Below, one piece after another: positions 18,410-27,191 of a stretch of 41,464 nt of DNA (its first letter is position 1; each line of letters opens with the position of its first letter). The notes beneath the pieces were generated by a model. The model was not told the origin of the DNA. It searched no databases and worked only from the letters and a program-made list of their open reading frames with translations. Source of the stretch: Anaerolineae bacterium (GTDB lineage Bacteria; Chloroflexota; Anaerolineae; 4572-78; JBHHXL01); NCBI GenBank assembly GCA_046757065.1, contig JBHHXL010000003.1, positions 1 to 41,464 of the forward strand, in the 5' to 3' direction. Position numbers and translations under genes: made by a program.

Positions 18410-18528
18410 TGTCAGACAGCAGAATACAGACAGCAGAATACAGATGACAGAAAAGTGGCCTGTAATCTGAAGTCTGAGGTCTGTAATCTGTATTCTGTAC
18501 TCTGTATTCTGCACTCTGACATCTGATT
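18410..18528. repeat. Inverted array of 7-nt tandem repeats (CAGAATA-type / TATTCTG-type)
   Basis: About 6 CAGA-NNN units followed by about 10 complementary TCTG-NNN units; can fold back. Confidence 0.85.
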
Positions 18529-18531
18529 CTC

Positions 18532-18604
18532 GCCCTCGTAGCTCAGTCGGTAGAGCACGTTCTTGGTAAGAACGGGGTCACCGGTTCAAGTCCGGTCGAG
18601 GGCT
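18532..18604 (+). tRNA. tRNA-Thr (GGT)
   Basis: GCCCTCG/CGAGGGC acceptor stem, CGTTC-TTGGTAA-GAACG anticodon arm, GGTTCAAGTCC T arm. Confidence 0.97.
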
Positions 18605-18799
18605 CTTCCCCGCACATTCCAATAGCAAAACTGCTTGCTATCCGCCGTCAAAGATCTTTTCACCCAAATCCTTGAGCCAACGGGGGCCTCACCGGCTCTC
18701 CCTTCCGGTTTCCACGATTTCGATCAGACAGTTTGTTCTATATTTCCCAGAAGGTGAACAGTTACAAAAGCTGAAAACTTTGCGGCAAGGAAACGGAAA

Positions 18800-19237
18800 A
18801 TGTCACACCAACATCTGGATTATGCTGCCCTGATGCGGCAGCGCGGCTTCCGGGTGACCCCCCAACGCCAGCTTATCCTGGATGCAATTTGCGAGGGGCG
18901 GGGCCACACCACGCCCGAAGAAATCTTCGAGCGCGCGCGGGCCAGGTCGTCCGCCGTCAACCGGGCCACCGTCTACCGCACACTCGATTTCCTGTGCAAC
19001 CTGGGGTTAGTCGTTGGGGCAGACATCGGCACGGGGACGATGGTCTACGAAATCGCCGGCGAGCAGCCGCACCACCACCTCGTTTGCCAGGGGTGCGGCC
19101 GGGTGGAGGACATCGAGCACGAGCTGGTGCAGCCCCTGTTCGATAAGATTGAAGGCGAACGGCAATTCACAATTACAACAAACCATCTGGCGCTGTTTGG
19201 GCTGTGCTCGAGGTGCCGCCCGCAGGGCAAGCGCTGA
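18800..19237 (+). CDS. Fur-family metalloregulator (Zur/Mur-like by context)
   Basis: RVTPQRQLIL, ATVYRTL, HHHLVCQGCG, GLCSRC. Lies directly upstream of a metal ABC transporter. Confidence 0.93.
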   Translation: MSHQHLDYAALMRQRGFRVTPQRQLILDAICEGRGHTTPEEIFERARARSSAVNRATVYRTLDFLCNLGLVVGADIGTGTMVYEIAGEQPHHHLVCQGCGRVEDIEHELVQPLFDKIEGERQFTITTNHLALFGLCSRCRPQGKR

Positions 19238-19289
19238 GTCCCCACCGGGCGCGGCCATCTTTGCCAAACCATCCCCAATGGATTAAAAT

Positions 19290-19323
19290 CCTTCGCTATT
19301 GCAAACATTTGCAATAGCGAAGG
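19290..19323. promoter_or_regulatory. Perfect 16-bp inverted repeat, candidate Fur-family operator overlapping the RBS
   Basis: CCTTCGCTATTGCAAA-CA-TTTGCAATAGCGAAGG; the right arm overlaps AAGGAG. Confidence 0.65.
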
Positions 19324-19332
19324 AGATATTTC

Positions 19333-20334
19333 ATGAAACATCCGGGCCTGATCTGGCTGATCTTGTTTCTCAGCGGGCTGGCGGCGGCCTGCGGCAGCGA
19401 GGCCACCCCGGCCGGTAGCGACAAACTGAACGTCGTCACCACCGTGTCGCCCATCACCAACATCGTCTACAATATTGGCGGCGAGCGCATCCACCTGTCG
19501 GGCATTGTGCCGGAGGGGGTGAACTCGCACACCTTTGAGCCGGCCCCGTCGGATGCCCAAAAACTGGCCCGGGCCGACCTGATTTTCATCAACGGCCTGG
19601 ACCTGGAAACGCCAACCCTGCGCCTGGCCGAGGCTACCAAGAAAGACGGGGCCGAGATCATTTTGCTGGGCGAGCAGACCATCACCCCGGACGTGTACGT
19701 GTACGACTTTTCGTTTCCTAAAGAAGCGGGCAGCCCCAACCCTCATCTCTGGACCAATCCGCCCTATGCCCTGCGCTACGCCGAAATCGCCCGCGACGCC
19801 CTGGCCCGGCGCGACCCGGCCAACGCCGGCTATTACCGGGCCAATTACCAGGCCTTCAAGGTCCGCATCGAAGCCCTGGACGCCGCGATCCTGGCAACCA
19901 TCGCCTCCATCCCCGAAGCCAACCGCAAACTGCTGACCTATCACGATTCGTGGGCCTATTTTGCGCCCCGCTACGGGCTGACCATCATCGGGGCCATCCA
20001 GCCCGCCGATTTTGCCGAGCCTTCGGCCCAGGAGGTGGCCAGCCTGATCGACCAACTCAAGCAAGAGAAAGTTCCGGCCATTTTCGGCTCGGAGGTCTTT
20101 CCCTCGCCGGTGCTGGACCAGATTGCCCGGGAAGCGGGGGTGCAGTACGTCGATACGCTGCGCGACGACGATTTGCCCGGCCAACCGGGCGACCCCCACC
20201 ACTCTTATCTGGGTCTGATGGTTGAAGACGTCCGGATTATGGCGGCGGCCCTGGGGGGAGATGCAAAGCTGATCACCGGTTTTGACCCCAGCAACGTGCC
20301 CGGCGGCGATGGCGCTGTTGACCAGGCGCAATAG
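19333..20334 (+). CDS. Zn/Mn ABC transporter substrate-binding lipoprotein (cluster A-I, ZnuA/TroA-like)
   Basis: Lipobox LAAAC, NSHTFEP, INGLDLE, NPHLW, TYHDSWAYF. Confidence 0.93.
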   Translation: MKHPGLIWLILFLSGLAAACGSEATPAGSDKLNVVTTVSPITNIVYNIGGERIHLSGIVPEGVNSHTFEPAPSDAQKLARADLIFINGLDLETPTLRLAEATKKDGAEIILLGEQTITPDVYVYDFSFPKEAGSPNPHLWTNPPYALRYAEIARDALARRDPANAGYYRANYQAFKVRIEALDAAILATIASIPEANRKLLTYHDSWAYFAPRYGLTIIGAIQPADFAEPSAQEVASLIDQLKQEKVPAIFGSEVFPSPVLDQIAREAGVQYVDTLRDDDLPGQPGDPHHSYLGLMVEDVRIMAAALGGDAKLITGFDPSNVPGGDGAVDQAQ

Positions 20335-20345
20335 GAGAAGCGAGA

Positions 20346-21182
20346 TTGCAACCGCTCATTGAACTCAAACAGGTAACATTTGGCTACGGCGCTGAGCCGG
20401 TGCTGGAAGCGATCAACCTGCACCTGCATCCGGGCCAATTCGCGGCGCTGGTTGGACCGAGCGGGGCGGGCAAGACCAGCCTGCTCAAGTTAATCCTGGG
20501 CGTTCTGGAACCCGGCCGGGGCGAAATCAGCCTGCACACGCTTCGGATCAGCTACGTGCCGCAACTGGAGACGGTCGATTGGAGCTTTCCGGTGACCGTC
20601 GAGCAGGTAGTCCTGATGGGTCGCGCGGGGCGCGGCTGGTCGCAGTTCTGGCCCTGGCCGGGCGCTGAGGACAAACGCCATTTGCGAACGGTGCTGGCGC
20701 AACTCGAAATCGATCACCTGGCCCGGCGGCATATTCGCGACCTCTCCGGGGGGCAGCAGCAGCGCGTTTTTCTGGCCCGGGCCCTCATTGCTGAACCGGA
20801 CTTGCTGGTGCTGGACGAACCGACGACGGGCGTCGATACGCGGACGGCGGAGAATATGTTGCATCTGCTGGCCGGTCTCAACCGGCAGGGGATGACGATC
20901 CTGTTGACCACGCACGATCTGAACCTGGCGGCGGCCCACGTGCCGTGGGTGATCTGCCTGAACCGCCGGGTCATCGCCCAGGGCAGCCCGGAAAAGGTAT
21001 TTAAGGTTGAAATCTTGAACGAAACCTATCGCGGCGATATGCTCGTCATCCGTCAGGAGGGGATGCTGTTTGTGCAGCAGAAGCCCCACGGCCATACCTA
21101 TCACGATGTGGTGCCGGACTCCGTGCCGGGCCACGCCCCGGAAGGAGATGATGGACATCTTCCTCGAACCGTTTCAGTTTGA
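20346..21182 (+). CDS. Metal ABC transporter ATP-binding protein
   Basis: GPSGAGKT, YVPQ, LSGGQQQRVFLARAL, LDEPTTG, THDL. TTG start after AGGAG. Confidence 0.94.
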   Translation: MQPLIELKQVTFGYGAEPVLEAINLHLHPGQFAALVGPSGAGKTSLLKLILGVLEPGRGEISLHTLRISYVPQLETVDWSFPVTVEQVVLMGRAGRGWSQFWPWPGAEDKRHLRTVLAQLEIDHLARRHIRDLSGGQQQRVFLARALIAEPDLLVLDEPTTGVDTRTAENMLHLLAGLNRQGMTILLTTHDLNLAAAHVPWVICLNRRVIAQGSPEKVFKVEILNETYRGDMLVIRQEGMLFVQQKPHGHTYHDVVPDSVPGHAPEGDDGHLPRTVSV

Positions 21183-21996
21183 GTTTTTTCGGAACGGAAC
21201 CGCCGCGGCCGTGCTGGCCGGCGGGCTGTGCGGCCTGATCGGGGTTTACATCGTCTTGCGCGGTATGAGCTACATCGGGCACGGCCTGTCACACGCCATC
21301 TTCGGCGGGGCGGTGGTTGCCTTTGTAATGACCTGGAACTTCTACCTGGGGGCCGGGTTATGGGGGTTCATCGCCGCCGTCTTGATCAACCAGACCGTCC
21401 GGCGCACCAAGATCAACGCCGACGCGGCCATCGGAGTGGTGACCACGGCCAGTTTTGCCGTCGGCGTGGCCCTGATCAGCCGTTACCGGCGCTTTACCCG
21501 CTCGTTCGACGCCGCCCTCTTTGGCAACATCCTGGGCGTAACCCAGCAAGATGTGTGGGTCGTGGCCGGGGTGGCGCTGATGGTCGTGGCCGTTGTCTTT
21601 TTCCTGTACAAGCCGCTGCTGTTCACCACTTTCGACGCAGAGGTAGCCCGCGTGTATGGCGTCCGGACGGAGTGGATGGACACCGTATTTGCCCTGGTGC
21701 TGGCCGCAACCCTCATCGCCTCGATGCAAATCCTGGGCGTGACCCTGATCGCGGCGGCGCTGGTCATCCCGGCCATCACGGCTCGCTTGCTGACCGACAG
21801 CTTCAACCGGATGATATTGCTGTCCACGGTCTGCGGCGCTTTGACCGGCTTTCTGGGGATGTATCTCAGCTTCTACATTGATGTCGCTTCCGGAGCCACC
21901 ATTGTCTTGTTGCAGGCCGCCCTTTTCGGCCTGGTCCTGACCCTCACCTCGTTGCAAAAACGAACCGCCCGTCGATTACCGCACGCCCATCTTTGA
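21151..21996 (+). CDS. Metal ABC transporter permease (ZnuB/MntB-like)
   Basis: GVYIVLRGMSYIGHGLSHAIFGG, LFGNILG, TTFD, LVIPAITAR, DVASGATIVL. Confidence 0.94.
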   Translation: MDIFLEPFQFEFFRNGTAAAVLAGGLCGLIGVYIVLRGMSYIGHGLSHAIFGGAVVAFVMTWNFYLGAGLWGFIAAVLINQTVRRTKINADAAIGVVTTASFAVGVALISRYRRFTRSFDAALFGNILGVTQQDVWVVAGVALMVVAVVFFLYKPLLFTTFDAEVARVYGVRTEWMDTVFALVLAATLIASMQILGVTLIAAALVIPAITARLLTDSFNRMILLSTVCGALTGFLGMYLSFYIDVASGATIVLLQAALFGLVLTLTSLQKRTARRLPHAHL

Positions 21997-22024
21997 TCTG
22001 CTAACACTCAACCCGGCCGCCGGC

Positions 22025-22732
22025 CTATTCAAAACCCAGGCCCCGTTCCCGGAGGCTGGTGAAACTCCCCCGGCCGATGATAATGTGATCGAGTACCTCG
22101 ATCCCCAACAGCGCGCCCGCCTCAACAATCTGGCGCGTGACTGTTACGTCCTCTGGAGAGGGGGTCGGATCGCCGGAGGGATGGTTATGGGCCAGGATCA
22201 TAGCCACGGTGTTTTCGCGCACCGCCCGCCGAAAGATTTCGCCCACGCGGATGATCGAGGTGTTGACCGAACCGACGTAGAGGGTGGGGCTGGCCAGCAG
22301 GTAATTCTTGGTATCGAGCAGTAGCAACCGAAAATGCTCCTGTTCCAAATCGCCCATTTCAAGCATCAGCAGGTTGGCGGCATCGAGGGGGGTGGTAATC
22401 TGCAGGCGCTGATCGGGCGCGGCCATCATCAGCCGGCGTCCCAATTCCAGCGCCGCTTTCAGTTGGGCCGTTTTGGCCGGGCCGATCCCTTTGACCTCGG
22501 CCAGGTCGTTGAAGCCGGCCCGAGCCAGGCCGGCCAGTCCGCCAAACTCAACCAGCAGGCGGGTGCTAAGGGTCAACACGTTTTCGCCCGGCGAACCTAT
22601 CCGTAACAGAATTGCCAGCAACTCGCTGGTGGATAGCGCCGCCGGACCGTAGTGGCGCAACCGTTCCCGGGGGCGCTCGTCGCTCGGCATATCGCGAATG
22701 GTGAGGTGGTATTGCACGGTTTGCCTGGTCAC
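22025..22732 (-). CDS. radC: RadC family JAB-domain protein
   Basis: [25 protein letters not shown] (HhH), [28 protein letters not shown] at 22732 after GGAG; start is uncertain. Confidence 0.95.
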   Translation of the reverse strand: MTRQTVQYHLTIRDMPSDERPRERLRHYGPAALSTSELLAILLRIGSPGENVLTLSTRLLVEFGGLAGLARAGFNDLAEVKGIGPAKTAQLKAALELGRRLMMAAPDQRLQITTPLDAANLLMLEMGDLEQEHFRLLLLDTKNYLLASPTLYVGSVNTSIIRVGEIFRRAVRENTVAMILAHNHPSGDPTPSPEDVTVTRQIVEAGALLGIEVLDHIIIGRGSFTSLRERGLGFE

Positions 22733-22857
22733 GATCAACTCCGTCCTCGGAATGACAAGGTCTAGGGTAACAAGCCGTAAGACTCTGAACGGTTCAGGTG
22801 TCAAAACGGTGCATCTATCCGAACGCGGCGCGCTGCGGCGCGGCCTGATCCAACATT

Positions 22858-22995
22858 AGAGTTGTTCCCGAATAAACGGCGTTGAAGTGACCGGCACTTT
22901 TGGGGACATTTCCAGCCTCATTATGAAGAAAAAGAGCCTCTTTAACGAATATCCAAGTGCCGGTCACTTGCTATTGCTTAAAAGGGAACAACTCT
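22858..22995. mobile_element. 138-bp miniature element: 12-bp TIR shell around an AAGTGACCGGCACTT inverted pair
   Basis: AGAGTTGTTCCC (22858-22869) / GGGAACAACTCT (22984-22995). Inner perfect 15-bp IR at 22885-22899 / 22955-22969. Confidence 0.8.
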
Positions 22996-23098
22996 TTTTT
23001 CTACAGATGAGCCGCCCTGAACATGGCCATAGACCCGGAGGAAGTCGCGGTTTGCATTTTAACATAGTCTGAGTTGACGGGCAATCCCCCGGCGGGTT

Positions 23099-23180
23099 AA
23101 GTAATTGTCCGTAAATAACTTTTCACTCATTCCCAAGAAACACCCTGCAAAAATGCCAAGTTACTTCTGAACAACCACTA
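23099..23180 (+). mobile_element. 82-bp MITE, copy A
   Basis: AGTAATTGTCCGTAAATAACTT..AAGTTACTTCTGAACAACCACT imperfect TIRs; highly similar to copy B. Confidence 0.85.
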
Positions 23181-23233
23181 ACTTGCCTTCGATGCCCTTT
23201 CATGCTTTCATGGGGGCGCACCCCGGCAGATAC

Positions 23234-23315
23234 TAGTAACTGTCCGTAAATAACTTTTCACTTTTTCCCAAGAAACACCCTGCAAAAATGCCAAGTTATT
23301 TCTGGACAATCGCTA
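23234..23315 (+). mobile_element. 82-bp MITE, copy B
   Basis: TAGTAACTGTCCGTAAATAACTT..AAGTTATTTCTGGACAATCGCTA; ends 19 nt before the tkt ATG. Confidence 0.85.
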
Positions 23316-23334
23316 ACCAACTTGCGAAGGGAGT

Positions 23335-25368
23335 ATGATGATGACCGCAGTCCCCAGTTCGTTAGACGATCTATGCGTCAACACGATCCGCACCCTGGCA
23401 ATGGACGGCGTCCAGAAAGCCAATTCAGGACATCCCGGTATGCCGATGGGGATGGCCGACGCCGCTTATGTGCTCTGGACCCAATTCCTGCGCTTCAATC
23501 CGGCGAATCCGGACTGGCCGGATCGCGACCGGTTTGTGCTGTCTGCCGGGCACGGCTCGATGCTGCTTTATAGCCTGCTGCATCTGACCGGCTACGATCT
23601 TTCCCTGGAAGAATTGAAGAACTTTCGCCAGTGGGGCAGCCGCACCCCCGGCCACCCCGAACACGGCTTGACGCCGGGGGTCGAGGCCACGACCGGCCCT
23701 CTGGGACAGGGTTTCGCCAATGGGGTCGGAATGGCCCTGGCCGCCCGTTTCCTGGCCGAGCATTTCAACCGGCCCGATTTCCCTATCGTCGATCACCTTG
23801 TCTACGGGATTGTCAGCGACGGCGATCTGATGGAGGGCATCTCCCACGAAGTGGCCTCCCTGGCCGGCCATCTCAAGTTGGGCAATGTCGTCTATCTGTA
23901 CGATGACAACCACATATCCATCGAAGGGGATACCGCCCTGGCATTCACCGAAGATCGGATGGCCCGCTTTGAAGCCTACGGCTGGCACACGCAAATCGTT
24001 GACGGCCACGACCGGACGGCAGTCACCGAGGCAATTCACGCTGCCCGCCTGGTCAACGATAAACCCTCCATTATCGCCTGCCGCACGCACATTGGCTACG
24101 GCAGCCCCAACCGGCAGGACACCGCCAAAGCGCACGGCGAACCGCTGGGCCAGGAAGAGGTGCGCCTGACCAAAGAAGCGCTGGGCTGGGACCCCGAGGC
24201 CCACTTTTACATCCCGGACGAGGCTTTGCAAAGATTCCGCGAAGTTGGCTCCCAGGGTGCTCAATTAGAGGCGGACTGGCAGGCCATGTTCGACCGCTAC
24301 GCCGCCAGCCACCCCGACCTGGCCGAGACCTGGCGGCAGGCGATGGCCGGCCAACTGCCGCAGGGCTGGGAAGAAACGCTGCCCGATTTTCTGCCGGAAG
24401 CCGGTCCGCTGGCCACCCGCGCTGCCTCCGGGCAGACGCTGGCTCAAGTTGCGCCCGTCGTTCCCACCCTGATCGGCGGCTCGGCCGATCTGGCCCCCAG
24501 CAACAACACCTATTTGAAGGCATACGAGTCGATCAGCGGCGACGACTTTTCGGGCCGCAACCTGCACTTTGGCGTCCGCGAGCACGGGATGGGCGGGATC
24601 CTCAACGGCATGGCGCTGCACGGCGGCGTGGTCCCCTACGGCGGCACCTTCCTGGTCTTCAGCGACTATATGCGCCCCGCCATCCGCATAGCGGCGATGA
24701 CCGAATTACCGGTCACTTATGTTTTCACCCACGACAGCATCGGCCTCGGCGAGGACGGCCCCACCCACCAGCCCATCGAGCATTTGATGGCTTTGCGGGC
24801 CATCCCCAACCTGATCGTCATTCGCCCCGCCGACGCCAATGAAACGGTCCAGGCCTGGCGCGTGGCCCTGGAATATCGAGAAGGGCCGGTGGCGCTCGTC
24901 CTGACCCGCCAGAAACTGCCCATTCTGGATCGTTCGCGCCTGGGCGATGCGCGCGGCGTAGCCAACGGCGCTTATATCCTGGCCGACACCGATGGCCTGC
25001 CCGACGTGATCCTGATCGGAACCGGGTCCGAGGTCCACATCGCCATGGAAGCCCGCCGCCAATTGCGCGATCAGGGGATGCAGGCGCGGGTGGTCAGTAT
25101 GCCCAGTTGGAAACTGTTCGAAGCCCAGACGCCGGACTACCAGAAGGCGGTGTTGCCCCCCAACACGCCCCGGGTGGCCATCGAGGCCGGGGCCAGCCTG
25201 GGCTGGGAACGATGGGTCGGGGAAAGCGGCGAAACCATTGCCCTGGACCGTTGGGGCGCGTCGGCCCCCTACCAAACCATCCAGGAGCAACTGGGCTTCA
25301 CCGCCGACAACCTGACCCTGCGCGCCCTGGCCGCCATCGACCGGGCCAACCGGCAAAAACAGGCCTGA
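23335..25368 (+). CDS. tkt: Transketolase
   Basis: [43 protein letters not shown] (TPP motif), [16 protein letters not shown]. Confidence 0.98.
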   Translation: MMMTAVPSSLDDLCVNTIRTLAMDGVQKANSGHPGMPMGMADAAYVLWTQFLRFNPANPDWPDRDRFVLSAGHGSMLLYSLLHLTGYDLSLEELKNFRQWGSRTPGHPEHGLTPGVEATTGPLGQGFANGVGMALAARFLAEHFNRPDFPIVDHLVYGIVSDGDLMEGISHEVASLAGHLKLGNVVYLYDDNHISIEGDTALAFTEDRMARFEAYGWHTQIVDGHDRTAVTEAIHAARLVNDKPSIIACRTHIGYGSPNRQDTAKAHGEPLGQEEVRLTKEALGWDPEAHFYIPDEALQRFREVGSQGAQLEADWQAMFDRYAASHPDLAETWRQAMAGQLPQGWEETLPDFLPEAGPLATRAASGQTLAQVAPVVPTLIGGSADLAPSNNTYLKAYESISGDDFSGRNLHFGVREHGMGGILNGMALHGGVVPYGGTFLVFSDYMRPAIRIAAMTELPVTYVFTHDSIGLGEDGPTHQPIEHLMALRAIPNLIVIRPADANETVQAWRVALEYREGPVALVLTRQKLPILDRSRLGDARGVANGAYILADTDGLPDVILIGTGSEVHIAMEARRQLRDQGMQARVVSMPSWKLFEAQTPDYQKAVLPPNTPRVAIEAGASLGWERWVGESGETIALDRWGASAPYQTIQEQLGFTADNLTLRALAAIDRANRQKQA

Positions 25369-25379
25369 AGGAAGCCGCC

Positions 25380-26066
25380 TTGAATCTGAAACAACAGGCC
25401 GCCGCCGAAGCTGTAGCCTCCATCCGGAGCGGGATGGTGCTTGGTCTGGGCAGCGGCTCGACCGCCGCTTACGCCGTGGAGACGATCGGCCACAAGCTGC
25501 GCCGGGGGGAATTGAGCGGCATCCTCGGCATTCCAACCTCCGAGGAGACGGCCCGCCAGGCGCAAGCTATGGGCATCCCCCTGACCACGCTGGCCGAACA
25601 CCCCGTCATCGACCTGGCCATCGACGGGGCCGACGAGGTTGATCCCAACCTGGACCTGATCAAGGGCCTGGGCGGGGCTCTGCTCCGCGAAAAAATCGTC
25701 GAGGTCCACGCCCGGCGCTTCATCGTCATTGTCGATGCCTCAAAGCGAGTGGCGAAACTCGGCACGCGCGCGCCTCTGCCCGTGGAGGTGGCCCAATTCG
25801 CCTGGGAAGCGCAGGCGCATTGGCTCCAATCCCGGCTGGAATGTAGCCCCCAGTTGCGGGGGCGGGGAGGCCAGCCCTTTGTGACCGATAACCACAACTT
25901 CATTTTGGATTGCGTCTTTCCGAATGGCATCGACGAGCCTCCGGCCGTGGCCGAAATCCTGGAACGCCGCCCCGGCGTTGTGGGGCACGGCCTGTTTCTG
26001 GGGATGGCTACAGAGGTCATCGTCGCCGCCGACGACGGCGTTCGCCACTTAACCCGGCCGGCCTGA
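25380..26066 (+). CDS. rpiA: Ribose-5-phosphate isomerase A
   Basis: LGLGSGST, DGADEVD, IKGLGGALLREKI, PVEV, VTDN. TTG start at 25380. Confidence 0.96.
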   Translation: MNLKQQAAAEAVASIRSGMVLGLGSGSTAAYAVETIGHKLRRGELSGILGIPTSEETARQAQAMGIPLTTLAEHPVIDLAIDGADEVDPNLDLIKGLGGALLREKIVEVHARRFIVIVDASKRVAKLGTRAPLPVEVAQFAWEAQAHWLQSRLECSPQLRGRGGQPFVTDNHNFILDCVFPNGIDEPPAVAEILERRPGVVGHGLFLGMATEVIVAADDGVRHLTRPA

Positions 26067-26132
26067 CCCGTTTTCCCCAACCCCCGGCCAATCCTTCTAC
26101 TTACGAGTCTCCCACATCCGCCCCCAACCCCC

Positions 26133-26231
26133 TGTGACATTTGTCACTATGCAAGAATCCAACCTGGTAATAGTATTGCTATGGGTAATTATACCCATTC
26201 AATCGCCGCTTTCTCACCCATTATTTGGGTA
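26133..26231. promoter_or_regulatory. Cluster of operator-like sites (CRP/FNR-like box and TACCCAT heptamer palindromes)
   Basis: TGTGA-CATTTG-TCACT (26133-26148); ATGGGTA-ATTA-TACCCAT (26181-26198); CACCCATTATTTGGGTA (26215-26231). Confidence 0.5.
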
Positions 26232-26260
26232 AAATAGCCTATGATCTTCTTTGCAGGACT

Positions 26261-26755
26261 TCATTACCCGACAAAGGGGGCTAACCGAATGAAAGCCACA
26301 ATGGCAAGAATAAAAGAATAATGGAGGTCAAAAAGCGACCGGGCGCCCTACGCCCCAGGGTGGGGCGAAAATCAACACAACGGATAGCTTATTTTGCCGG
26401 TTGAAAGCCCGGTGGCGGCAATTTGAAGTCCCATCGGAAGACCATTTTGAGTTCGTGAAGGCGGTTTAGGGCTAAAAGTCGGTACAACCACCGCCAACCG
26501 AGCTGAAACAAGCTCAAATCACGCCGGTCGGCCCGGTCCACCTGGTCCGCTTGTCCGATTACAATGTTTTCTCGGTGATAGATACCTTGGAGAAAGTCTC
26601 GGGTCCAGAGGTACATTGCCTGATTCGGTATGACTTGATTGGGCATAATTGTTGGTACGCCTACCACCTTGTCGGTTGCTGAATAGCCAGTTATTATGCC
26701 CAATATATCCGATTATGACAATTTAACCAAGGTTAAAAATCATGTCGGGTAGTGA
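26261..26755 (-). mobile_element. Internally deleted IS (IS4-like), ~495 bp, with both TIRs and a fused N-/C-terminal transposase remnant
   Basis: TCATTACCCGACA (26261-26273) / TGTCGGGTAGTGA (26743-26755), 12/13 match. Lower GC than the flanks. A minus-strand ORF ends DRADRRDLSLFQLGWRWL, resembling IS4-type DDE transposase C-termini. No target duplication. Confidence 0.8.
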
Positions 26756-27147
26756 AAGATGAGGATTACTTCCTGCAGATGCTCAGCGCCGGCGCGTCCG
26801 GTTACATCCCCAAGCGGGCCGCCCCCGAAGATTTGCTGCGGGCCATCCACGCGGTCCACCGGGGAGAGGCTTTTTTGCACTCCACCGTGGCCAGCGCGCT
26901 GGTTAAGGATTTTTTGGAACGGGGCGGCGCTCCGCCAGACACGGCCCCCTCCGATTTAACCGAACGCGAGCAAGAGGTGCTGCTCCTCATCGCTGAAGGG
27001 CTGACCAACAAACAGATTGGGGAGGAGTTGGGCATCAGCCCCAAGACGGTCGCCCGTCATCGTGACAACATCACCAAAAAGCTCAACCTGTCCAGCCGGG
27101 CCCAACTAACCCGCTACGCCATTCAGCAGGGCTTGATCAACCCCTGA
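26756..27147 (+). pseudogene. 5'-truncated NarL/LuxR-family response regulator
   Basis: Begins mid-receiver (DEDYFLQMLSAGASGYIPK) directly at the IS end. Intact HTH: LTEREQEVLLLIAEGLTNKQIGEELGISPKTV. The acidic pocket and phospho-Asp are absent. Confidence 0.85.
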
Positions 27148-27191
27148 GCCCCGAGCCGGGCGCTGACCAAAAACGAAGACCGGAGGACAAA

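Noticed and set aside
18679-18708. Weak similarity to part of tRNA-Thr, as a possible att site
   Set aside because: Short gapped match, no integrase, and the downstream genes look native.
22025-22732. radC as a marker of a mobile element
   Set aside because: Full-length chromosomal type with N-terminal and HhH regions, and no integrase or conjugation genes nearby.
23099-23315. Repeat-spacer-repeat resembling a CRISPR array
   Set aside because: Only two units, each 82 bp with TIRs, a dispersed third copy and no cas genes; these are MITEs.
26289-26321. Short ORF MKATMARIKE as the lost N-terminus of the response regulator
   Set aside because: It lies inside the IS TIR boundaries and stops before any receiver motif.
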